DNA from: Coleofasciculus chthonoplastes F2-STO-03 | GTDB taxonomy: Bacteria; Cyanobacteriota; Cyanobacteriia; Cyanobacteriales; Coleofasciculaceae | Direction: 5' to 3' | NCBI GenBank assembly: GCA_040222015.1 | Contig: JAVJWO010000140.1 | Coordinates: 1-20,402 of the forward strand | Length of the DNA: 20,402 nucleotides | In this document: positions 8,784-16,404 of the stretch, piece by piece | Position numbering within the stretch: the first letter of the stretch is position 1 | How the letters are laid out: every line of letters begins with the position of its first letter | Notes under the pieces: generated by a model | The model's database searches: none | Told to the model about the DNA's origin: nothing | What the model saw: only the letters and a program-made list of their open reading frames with translations | Made by a program: the position numbers and the translations under genes

Positions 8784-9512
8784 TCAGGATGCTGTCGTCG
8801 ATTCTGGGGAATCACTGGGCGGAGTCGTGGCTTTATTCTTTTTCTCCTGTTCCCGTTGTTCCCGTTTTTTGCGATCGGCTTTGATCGCGTCTTCAATGGC
8901 AATCTGGGCTTGAGCCATTTTTTCCAGGTTGCTGCGATACAACTCCAAGTCTTTCTGTAGTTTCTCTTGGGGAAGATGCAAAGTTTGACCGATTCGCTGG
9001 AGCATTTCCATCGACTGTTTCGCGTCTTGAACTAGCTCCGGTTCTGCCTGTTCCAGAAGGGTATACAAGCCAATGGCAAACAGACGAGAGTATTTAAACT
9101 TAGGATTATCTGCGATCGCGGCAACCGTTGTATGAATATCCTCAGCACCCTCTAAAGGTGTTGGTGAACCAAACCAGTCAACCAGTTCTTGCGCTGATAA
9201 ACGCCCTACTGTGGCTTTCAGTTTTTCCGCATCCTCCTGATACTGTTGTGGATTACCTCCCACCGCCTGACAAAGGGCGTTAAAAATGGATTCTTTATCC
9301 CGTTCCGGTCGATAGCCTTGCATGAAGCGGTTAAAGGAGGCGACCACACCTAAGACATAGATGGGATCATACTTAAAATCCACATTGACCGCCAGCAAAT
9401 GCATCTCGACCATCAATTCTTCTACCACCCGTCGGTAAATCGAGTTGATTGGACGGGTGTGATAGTTATAAAAATCTCGTTTGGTATCCGAGACGGTGCG
9501 AACGTTACTCAC
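8784..9512 (-). CDS. thf1: Photosystem II biogenesis protein Psb29/Thf1
   Basis: RTVSDTKRDFY..HTRPINSIYRRVVEELMVEMHLL, FKYSRLFAIGL and KDLELYRSNLEKM are family hallmarks. GTG start. Confidence 0.95.
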   Translation of the reverse strand: MSNVRTVSDTKRDFYNYHTRPINSIYRRVVEELMVEMHLLAVNVDFKYDPIYVLGVVASFNRFMQGYRPERDKESIFNALCQAVGGNPQQYQEDAEKLKATVGRLSAQELVDWFGSPTPLEGAEDIHTTVAAIADNPKFKYSRLFAIGLYTLLEQAEPELVQDAKQSMEMLQRIGQTLHLPQEKLQKDLELYRSNLEKMAQAQIAIEDAIKADRKKREQREQEKKNKATTPPSDSPESTTAS

Positions 9513-9666
9513 AGAGCAAAATATAAAGGATATTTTTTACCATTGTCTCGCTTGAGTTTCACCCTAGGGGATAGAGTCTCAATCGAGTCATTCCTTCCAT
9601 CTTACCAGTTTATTTCCACCAGCCCACTTAGTATAATGTCTCTTGGCTTGATCTAACTCAATTTAG

Positions 9667-10019
9667 CTGTTCCGGCAAGAAGCCCCGCCCCATAATCTCT
9701 GATGTGGGGACGGGATGAATTGCCAGTCACCCTGGTAAAATTTTGGACGTAGGTTAAGCAAACCAAGAGCGAAAGCCGCCTACAAATTGAACCGGGACAA
9801 CTGAAAGTATGGGGTTTTACAGGGAATTGTGCAATCATCGCCAGCCTCTTGTATGTAAAACTTTCAAGGAACACAGGTAGAGCGAGAATTTTCTCTACTC
9901 CTTCTCCGGTGGGGCAGCACGGGGAAGTAAAGCCAAAGCTCGTGAAATGTCCTATGCAATAGCAGGAGTCAACGAGAAGCCCGCGCTATAATCTTTGATT
10001 TAGCGACGGGAGCTGTCAC
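9667..10019 (+). mobile_element. Non-autonomous IS200/IS605-type element (~350 bp, no protein gene)
   Basis: Left hairpin: GGCAA-GAAG-CCCCGCCCC-ATAATCTCTGATGT-GGGGACGGG-ATGAATTGCC. Right end: GAAG-CCCGCGCT-ATAATCTTTGATTT-AGCGACGGG-AGCTG-TCAC|. The left boundary is approximate. Confidence 0.75.
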
Positions 10020-10035
10020 CGACGATAGCCTCACC
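9748..10035 (+). ncRNA. Putative omegaRNA-like structured RNA; predicted 3' guide is the cpcT flank 10020-~10035
   Basis: Extended -10 TGgTAAAAT (9733-9741), then stems GTAGG...CCTAC, GTTTTACA...TGTAAAAC and GTAGAG...CTCTAC leading into the right-end hairpin. Boundaries are inferred. Confidence 0.45.
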
Positions 10036-10488
10036 CTCTTTGCCAAACAAGCACCGATTACTAACCTCGATCGCCCCTACCGTCAACGGATTCTCCGGCT
10101 GTATCAAAGCGACAAACTACAGGTACAGTATTATCAGATCAAAGACCCAGACGCTGTTCGCGGTGCAGGTTGCCATCCCGAATTATTGCAGCAGCTTACC
10201 CGCGAAGATATTACAGTCTTACCCGATTGTCGTCTGAACGTGCAGATGCAGCAAATCGGTTTGAATAATTATGAATTTACCACTACTTCAGCCAGCGATC
10301 GCCCTTGTCGCTTTAGTTATCAGGGCAATAATTACCAAGTCTATCTCGGCTTTGAAGTAACAGCCGATGAATTTCGCAGCTACGATAAAGGCATCGACCC
10401 TAGTACCGGAAAAGCCACTTGGGGAGCCTTACTCGGTCCATTTCGATTTACCAAACGCCAAGACTTCGCTGGGGAACTGCTAATTTAA
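10020..10488 (+). pseudogene. cpcT: CpcT/CpeT-family phycobilin lyase lacking its 5' end
   Basis: Open frame from 10021 reads DDSLTLFAKQAPITNLDRPYRQRILRL...SYDKGID...WGALLGPFRF (PYRQR and YD.G.D..WG are CpcT motifs). The N-terminal part (the LAG.FDN..QA region) is absent upstream. Confidence 0.85.
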
Positions 10489-10587
10489 TCGGTTGAGTTG
10501 CTGATTGGGTGGGGACTGTTCTCCTGTACAGGTTGTTTGGGAGTGAGTGAACGACCTACATCAAAACTTGGGTATGAATCCCTTTGT

Positions 10588-10956
10588 TCAGGTTGCCATA
10601 CTTCGGGGTACACCTTCCAAAGCTTCTTGCTCCGTTTCAAAAATTTCAAACACGGAATCCATCATCGTCACTTCAAACACCAGTTTGGCTTCGGGATGGA
10701 CATTACAGATGCGAAAGCTACCTTTGACCTTATCCGCATCGCGCATACCCGCAACTAGAGAGGTTAAACCCGAACTGTCAATGAAGTTAACCTGACTGAG
10801 ATTAACCACCACATGGCGGCTGAGTTTGGAAATGCATTCTTGTAATTTCAGGCGAAATTGCCAAGCTGTGGTAATGTCCAAACGTCCAATGGGCGCCAAA
10901 ACAATAACCGTTGTACCATCTTTGGTCGTGTGTGTTTTTTGATCAATATGAATCAT
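10588..10956 (-). CDS. STAS-domain anti-sigma-factor antagonist
   Basis: GRLDIT and VNLSQVNFIDSSGL (phosphoacceptor Ser motif); AAGGAGG RBS. Confidence 0.92.
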   Translation of the reverse strand: MIHIDQKTHTTKDGTTVIVLAPIGRLDITTAWQFRLKLQECISKLSRHVVVNLSQVNFIDSSGLTSLVAGMRDADKVKGSFRICNVHPEAKLVFEVTMMDSVFEIFETEQEALEGVPRSMAT

Positions 10957-11150
10957 AAAAGACCTCCTTGAGCAGCAGTAGCTCCCCTTGACATCACAAG
11001 AGGAGCCATACAGGGTTTGTGGGTATAAATTCCGTTACTTAAGCGTTGGGTGAATTGTTGAAACAACAAGTAACTTAATCGGGCAACCTACGCTACTTAT
11101 CTGTTACAGAAGACTTACCCAAAGTTCCCCAAAACTGGACATCCTTGGGA

Positions 11151-11177
11151 GTACAGGCTTGGTTACCAAGCCCCTAC
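11151..11177 (-). repeat. GTAG-type REP-like palindrome
   Basis: Minus strand GTAGGGGCTTGGTAACCAAGCCTGTAC. Confidence 0.65.
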
Positions 11178-11485
11178 GGTTCCTGCTTCATCCTAGCAGT
11201 GATGGCACTTAACCAGTCCACAGGCTTAACATCAGGTGTAACTCACTCTAGAAAGATTGCCAGGGTGGTTTTTGCGTTAGCAATCTCTTCTGTATTGTAC
11301 ATATTCCCAAGTTAGGTCAGGACAAAGTGGATGCTATTTTTGTGCCAAATTTTGGTAAAGATGACTATTAATGGGCAAGAATTGGGTTACTGTTTCTCAC
11401 TCCCGTAGTTCAACGCCGATAGTTGGCTTAGGTTCAATGGCACGCTCCTTAAACAGTTTTGGATCACCAAAACCCTTGAGATACC

Positions 11486-11506
11486 GTAGGGTGGGCACTG
11501 CCCACC
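11486..11506 (+). repeat. GTAG-type REP-like palindrome downstream of hemF
   Basis: GTAG-GGTGGGCA-C-TGCCCACC, 20/21 identical to 142-162. Confidence 0.8.
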
Positions 11507-11530
11507 CACCTTAATTCAGTACCATTCGGT

Positions 11531-12565
11531 TTAGGTTGAAGGAGTCCAGTTTGTCCAATCTTGAGGTTTGAGGAACGTTTCGTACAGTTCAGCCTCTGGT
11601 GTATTCGGTTCGGGTTGGTAGCCATATTCCCAGCGCACTAAGGGAGGGAGAGACATGAGAATCGATTCGGTACGTCCGTTCGTTTGCAAGCCAAAGATCG
11701 TTCCTCGGTCATACACCAAGTTAAACTCAACATACCGACCCCGACGATAAAGCTGGAAATTGCGTTCGCGATCGCCATAGTTCATATCCCGCCGCCGCTC
11801 GACAATTGGCACATAAGCTGGCAAAAATGAATGACCGCACTCCTGCACCCAGGCAAACAGTTGTTCCCAGGTTCGGGGTTTTACCGCCCCCAGTTCCTTA
11901 CTGTAGATGGCTGCTGCTTTTTCTGGCTGGGGACCTTTATACAATTCCCCGGTTCCGTCTTGATAGTCAAAAAACAGTCCGCCAACGCCTCGTGTTTCTT
12001 GACGGTGTTTGAGATAGAAATATTCATCACACCAGCGCTTGAATACGGGATAGTACTCGGAGTGATGCTTGTCACAGGCGGCTTTTAGGGTTTTATGGAA
12101 ATGAGCCGCATCTTCGGCAAAGGGGTAGTATGGCGTTAAATCGGCTCCTCCACCAAACCACCAAACAGGTCCTGCCTCAAAGTAACGATAATTTAAGTGA
12201 ACCGTGGGAATATAAGGACTGCGCGGATGTAGCACCATAGATGTACCCGTGGCATAGAAGCCATGACCTGCGGCTTCTGGACGTTGGGTTAAAATCGAGG
12301 GCGGTAGCTGACTCCCCCATACTTCAGAAAAATTAACACCCCCCTGTTCAAAGACAGCACCATCCCGGATTACACGAGAACGCCCCCCGCCTCCTTCTTC
12401 CCGCTGCCAAGAATCTTCCTGGAACTGACCCGCACCATCAAGTTTTGCCAAAGATTCACAAATAGTGTCTTGGATCTTTTGCATGAACTGCTTCACTCTA
12501 TCCCTAGAGTCAGGGGCAGGTAAGGAACGATTAGGATTGGTGGTCGGTGTCTGAGCTGCGGTCAT
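11531..12565 (-). CDS. hemF: Oxygen-dependent coproporphyrinogen III oxidase
   Basis: [27 protein letters not shown] and [12 protein letters not shown] motifs. Confidence 0.97.
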   Translation of the reverse strand: MTAAQTPTTNPNRSLPAPDSRDRVKQFMQKIQDTICESLAKLDGAGQFQEDSWQREEGGGGRSRVIRDGAVFEQGGVNFSEVWGSQLPPSILTQRPEAAGHGFYATGTSMVLHPRSPYIPTVHLNYRYFEAGPVWWFGGGADLTPYYPFAEDAAHFHKTLKAACDKHHSEYYPVFKRWCDEYFYLKHRQETRGVGGLFFDYQDGTGELYKGPQPEKAAAIYSKELGAVKPRTWEQLFAWVQECGHSFLPAYVPIVERRRDMNYGDRERNFQLYRRGRYVEFNLVYDRGTIFGLQTNGRTESILMSLPPLVRWEYGYQPEPNTPEAELYETFLKPQDWTNWTPST

Positions 12566-12789
12566 AATTTCAATAGTAAATACAGTATTACCATTACCTG
12601 AAGGCTATGGTTAGGCATTTTAAGGGTTCCAGGCTCTATTTTAAAGGTTTTTGGTGTCAACTATGCCAACTAATTGCTAAGTAGTCGGACAAAGCTCAGC
12701 TCCCTACCCCCACCGCCAAACTTATTCAGCATATCCTACTTAATCGTTGGGTGCGATCGCCAATAGGGTCGATGGCGTAGCAATACCGT

Positions 12790-13010
12790 GTCTTGCCGAA
12801 TTAAGGTGACATCCTCCCACACCAAATTGGAAATTATGGTGTGGGTTTCCCCAAATCACTTTGAGGATTTCCTGGTTACTCCCCTTCGACTACGCGGTAG
12901 CTGAGCCTGTCGAAGCTCAGGGGATTGCGCCACTTGGATGGTGTTGGTTTTCACCAACCCCCGGTAGATCGACTGCACAGGCAGTTTCCTTTTCCGCTAG
13001 CCCAGCGGTA
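12790..13010 (-). ncRNA. Predicted omegaRNA overlapping the tnpB 3' end; guide approx. CTTAATTCGGCAAGAC
   Basis: TnpB omegaRNAs are known to overlap the ORF 3' end and the right end, with the guide taken from the flank. Several hairpins are visible. The 5' boundary is approximate. Confidence 0.65.
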
Positions 13011-14306
13011 CCAATTAACTCTATTCCTCGGTTTCTGATTACCTGACCACTGGCAACATCCCTATCGGTTTTGTAACCGCAGTGAGGGCAATCATGTACC
13101 CGAACACTCAGGTCTTTTTTGACTTCACCTTTACATTCAGGACACTCCTGAGAAGTGCCTCTGGCATCAACAACACCAAAAAACTTTCCACGCTTCCAAC
13201 ACACATATTGGGTAATGGTACGGAATTGACCAAACCCCCCATCAAGCATCTGCTTACCTAACATCCCTTTGGCGCTAACTCTATAGTCTAAATCTTCCAT
13301 GAAAACCATATCGCCAGCGTCGCAAAGGGCGTGAGCTTGCTTGAAGTGAAAGTCTTTCCTGATGTTGTCAATGTGGTGGTGAAGTCTGGCTACCTTGAGT
13401 CGTTGCTTCTCATGGTTTTTTGACCGCTTCTGTTTCCTAGACAGCCTGCGTTGCAGCAATCTCAGCTTGCTTTGCAGCTTCTTAAGAAATTTAGGCGGCT
13501 TGACAACAACTCCATCGCTGGTCGCCAAAAACTTCTCTAGCCCTATGTCTACCCCAATTGGGTGTCCATGAGGTTTTGGATCAGGGACACTGACATTACA
13601 CTGGATGTTGATTGATGCATACCATTTATCAGCTTTGCGTATAATTCGCACCTGCTTAACCGTAAAGCCAGATGGAATAGGGCGGTGCAGGTTAATTGGG
13701 ATCGTCCCCAATTTTGGCAGTTTGACATGGAGGTTCGTTACTGGATTCTCCTTGAACTGAGGGAATAGCAACGACTTAAACTGCCCAACCTTCTTAAACC
13801 TAGGAAAGCCAAACCCGCGAGATTTGAAGTAGTCCCAACCTTTATGCAGTTGCTTTATTGTCTGCTGAAGGACTTGAGAGGGAACTTCCTTTAACTTGGG
13901 GAATTCCTTCTTAGCTTTCGGCAAATTGTTAAGCTGCCTCACTTCACCGGGAAATGGGGTTTCTGCTGGGATGATGTACTCATGCACCCGGGAACATCTA
14001 TCAATCAAACATTTGCGACTATTGCACCAATCCTTTATCTCCCCCAGTGCATAGTTGTAAGCACGGCGGCAAATTTCCATCCACTCAATCAATCGTTGTT
14101 CTTGAGCGGCATCTGGATAGATTCGGTAACGATAGTTAAATGTCAGCATACTCCTATTATAAAGCATTTACCAGTCAACTGTGTAGCTTTAAATGTCAAT
14201 TTAGAGTAACATTGAGTCACCTAAATTGACCTTGGGGAGTCGTGTTCGAGAGCGCTGAATCTTATGTTACAGCGTGGGTCTTACGACTCCCCAAACCCCT
14301 GCTAAG
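12806..14306 (-). mobile_element. IS200/IS605-family element carrying tnpB only (IS1341-like)
   Basis: Right end (minus): CCCACACC-ATAATTTCCAATTT-GGTGTGGG-AGGATG-TCAC| at 12806. Left-end structure TTGGGGAGTCGT...ACGACTCCCCAA (14232-14294) with an inner CGCTG/CAGCG stem. No tnpA. I saw no HIP1 site inside. The left boundary is uncertain (14301 if TTAG, 14306 if TTAT). Confidence 0.88.
12917..14149 (-). CDS. tnpB: RNA-guided endonuclease TnpB, catalytic residues intact
   Basis: N-terminal YRYRIYP HTH, GFPRFKK, RuvC-I IGVDIG, RuvC-II MEDL, Zn finger CPEC...CPHC, RuvC-III DRDVAS. Start placed at ATG 14149. Confidence 0.95.
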   Translation of the reverse strand: MLTFNYRYRIYPDAAQEQRLIEWMEICRRAYNYALGEIKDWCNSRKCLIDRCSRVHEYIIPAETPFPGEVRQLNNLPKAKKEFPKLKEVPSQVLQQTIKQLHKGWDYFKSRGFGFPRFKKVGQFKSLLFPQFKENPVTNLHVKLPKLGTIPINLHRPIPSGFTVKQVRIIRKADKWYASINIQCNVSVPDPKPHGHPIGVDIGLEKFLATSDGVVVKPPKFLKKLQSKLRLLQRRLSRKQKRSKNHEKQRLKVARLHHHIDNIRKDFHFKQAHALCDAGDMVFMEDLDYRVSAKGMLGKQMLDGGFGQFRTITQYVCWKRGKFFGVVDARGTSQECPECKGEVKKDLSVRVHDCPHCGYKTDRDVASGQVIRNRGIELIGTAGLAEKETACAVDLPGVGENQHHPSGAIP

Positions 14307-14343
14307 ATAAACAATGCTGAAGCGTCGCGATAGGAGGCGTGTT

Positions 14344-14826
14344 GTGATTCTAAATTTTTCCTTTAAGCTAATCGCAGGTCAAGAGGGGCTTTGGTGCAAA
14401 TTTTCCCTCTTTCGGACTTATCGCGCCCTCAGTAATGCTCCGGTGGATGTTCTGTGGCAAAAATTAATCAATTTGGCAGATGTCTCTTGGAATCCTTTGC
14501 TCTGTAGTACAAATGCACCAAGAGGCTTAATCCCAAAACCGGGCTTGATTTACCAGGTGGTAACGCGCCTGATTCCGATTCCGGTGCGAGTGTTTGTCGA
14601 ACGGGTATTGCCGGGTGAATTAATTAGCGTCCGGATGCTGGCAATTCCGGGGGTGGAAAATCGAGTGACATATCGGGTGGAGTCAGGCTTGTGCGGAACG
14701 TATGTGTCCTTTTCGGTGACAATGCGGGGATGGCTATCTCCCTTACTATGGTGGTTTATTCGCCCCTATGCTGCCCGTGTTGCGGCTGAATTAGCTCAAG
14801 CAGCAGAACAGGGTGTGGTTGTTTAG
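14344..14826 (+). CDS. SRPBCC/polyketide-cyclase superfamily protein
   Basis: SNAPVDVLWQKLINLADVSW.P start motif and a C-terminal helix. AGGAGG (14332-14337) favours GTG 14344 over ATG 14314. Confidence 0.8.
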   Translation: MILNFSFKLIAGQEGLWCKFSLFRTYRALSNAPVDVLWQKLINLADVSWNPLLCSTNAPRGLIPKPGLIYQVVTRLIPIPVRVFVERVLPGELISVRMLAIPGVENRVTYRVESGLCGTYVSFSVTMRGWLSPLLWWFIRPYAARVAAELAQAAEQGVVV

Positions 14827-14897
14827 AGGAAGATGGGGGAGATGGGGGAGATGGGGGAGATGAGGGAGATGAGGGAGATGAGGAAGATGGGGGAGAT
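14826..14897 (+). repeat. Tandem 9-mer repeat, 8 copies of G(G/A)GG(G/A)AGAT
   Basis: GAGGAAGAT, GGGGGAGAT x3, GAGGGAGAT x2, GAGGAAGAT, GGGGGAGAT. Confidence 0.9.
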
Positions 14898-14938
14898 GAG
14901 GACAGTCATGGTAGAAATGTACCATGGTGTATCTGTGT

Positions 14939-15001
14939 GTAGGGGCGGGTTTAGGGACTAATATTGATGGTTTTCCTTAGCTTGGCTGCAAAACCCGCCC
15001 T
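14939..15001. repeat. REP doublet / long hairpin
   Basis: GTAGGGGCGGGTTT...AAACCCGCCCT; same family as 3115-3182. Confidence 0.8.
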
Positions 15002-15006
15002 GACCA

Positions 15007-15046
15007 AATGACAAATGACGAATGACGAATGACGAATGACAAATGA
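15007..15046 (+). repeat. STRR-type heptamer tandem repeat AATGAC(A/G) x5 plus a partial copy
   Basis: Directly visible; the same unit occurs at 18178-18205 and inverted at 17667-17690. Confidence 0.9.
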
Positions 15047-15123
15047 GCAATGCGCCGTAACCTATTAAGATTGATGAAGAAGTTTGTCCCGGCACATTGT
15101 CACCCTAGGAATTTGTCCTGATT

Positions 15124-16191
15124 ATGGTTGATACCCATTCAGTTTTAGACGTACTACGCCCCGTGCAAGACCCTGAACTCCAAAAGAGTTTGGTGGAATT
15201 GAATATGATCCGCAACGTGAAAATCGACGGCGGAACGGTTAGCTTTACACTGGTGTTAACCACACCAGCCTGTCCGTTGCGAGAGTTTATTGTGGAGGAT
15301 TGCCAAAAGGCGGTGAAGCAGCTTCCGGATGTGGAAGAGGTTGTGGTGGATGTGACAGCAGAGACACCGCAGCAGCAATCGTTACCCGATCGCCAAGGGA
15401 TTGATGGCGTGAAAAATCTAGTTGCTATTTCCAGTGGGAAGGGCGGTGTGGGCAAAAGTACTGTAGCGGTGAATGTGGCAGTTGCCCTCGCCCAGACGGG
15501 AGCCAAGGTGGGTTTGATTGATGCCGATATTTATGGACCCAATACCGCCGCGATGCTGGGATTAGCGGATGCCAAGGTGATGGTGCAACAGGGTCCTCAA
15601 GGAGAGGTACTCGAACCTGCTTTTAACCACGGGATTAAATTGGTGTCTATGGCATTTCTGATTGATCCCGATCAGCCGGTGATTTGGCGCGGACCGATGT
15701 TAAATGGTATTATTCGCCAGTTTCTCTACCAGGTGAATTGGGGAGAATTGGATTATCTGATTGTGGATATGCCACCAGGAACCGGAGATGCTCAGTTGAC
15801 CTTAGCCCAAGCTGTACCTATGGCTGGGGCGATCATTGTGACAACACCGCAAAATGTAGCTCTCTTGGATTCCCGTCGCGGTTTGAAGATGTTCCAGCAA
15901 TTGGGGGTTCCGGTATTGGGCATTGTTGAAAACATGAGTTATTTTGTTCCACCGGATCTGCCTGATCGCCAGTATGATCTGTTTGGTTCAGGAGGCGGTG
16001 AAAAAACCGCTCAGGAATTGGGGATACCCTTACTGGGATGTATTCCCCTAGAAATTAACCTGCGGCAAGGGGGCGATCGCGGCTTACCCATTGTCGTGGC
16101 TGAACCGGAGTCGGCATCAGCTCAAGCGCTGATCGCGATCGCCAAGGCGATTGCGGCAAAAGTGTCTGTTGCTGCCCTCAGCTCTAATTGA
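15124..16191 (+). CDS. mrp: Mrp/ApbC/NBP35 Fe-S cluster carrier ATPase
   Basis: N-terminal DUF59-like DPEL...LTTPACP, SGKGGVGKST, DADIYGP, WRGPM, DMPPGTGD and ENMSYF motifs. Confidence 0.95.
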   Translation: MVDTHSVLDVLRPVQDPELQKSLVELNMIRNVKIDGGTVSFTLVLTTPACPLREFIVEDCQKAVKQLPDVEEVVVDVTAETPQQQSLPDRQGIDGVKNLVAISSGKGGVGKSTVAVNVAVALAQTGAKVGLIDADIYGPNTAAMLGLADAKVMVQQGPQGEVLEPAFNHGIKLVSMAFLIDPDQPVIWRGPMLNGIIRQFLYQVNWGELDYLIVDMPPGTGDAQLTLAQAVPMAGAIIVTTPQNVALLDSRRGLKMFQQLGVPVLGIVENMSYFVPPDLPDRQYDLFGSGGGEKTAQELGIPLLGCIPLEINLRQGGDRGLPIVVAEPESASAQALIAIAKAIAAKVSVAALSSN

Positions 16192-16404
16192 TACGGGGTT
16201 GAATTCTGGGTAAACACGTAGGAGAAGGAGGAAAATAAAGAATTATAGGGTTAAAATATAATGCCTTCTTCCCTATTCGTCCCTATTTTCACCGAGCCGA
16301 GGATTGTATCAGGGATTGTCTAAAACTATTTTTGATAAATTCCTGAACAGGGCATCTAAAGATCGCTAATTGCTAGAAACGTCAATTGCATTCCCCAAGG
16401 ATTT

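Noticed and set aside
9999..10008. TTTAGCGACG in the right-end hairpin equals left-flank TTTAG plus the first guide bases CGACG (apparent self-target)
   Set aside because: A 10-nt coincidence; the hairpin-foot GAAG predicts a TCAC target rather than TTTAG.
11507..11518. CACCTTAATTC match to the tnpB right-end/guide junction
   Set aside because: An 11-nt match covering only 8 guide bases, with no candidate TAM; plausible by chance.
10957..11530. Riboswitch, sRNA or NtcA site in the long STAS-hemF intergenic region
   Set aside because: No recognisable RNA motif; the GTA...TAC pair I found has N10 rather than N8 spacing. An sRNA cannot be excluded without an Rfam search or RNA-seq.
12736..12804. 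Short minus-strand frame LIRQDTVLLRHRPYWRSHPTIK next to the IS right end
   Set aside because: No recognisable family and no matching 5' part on the other side of the IS.
12917..14149. TnpB as nuclease-dead TldR or a Cas12f-like CRISPR effector
   Set aside because: All three RuvC acidic residues are present, IS ends flank the gene, and there is no adjacent array.
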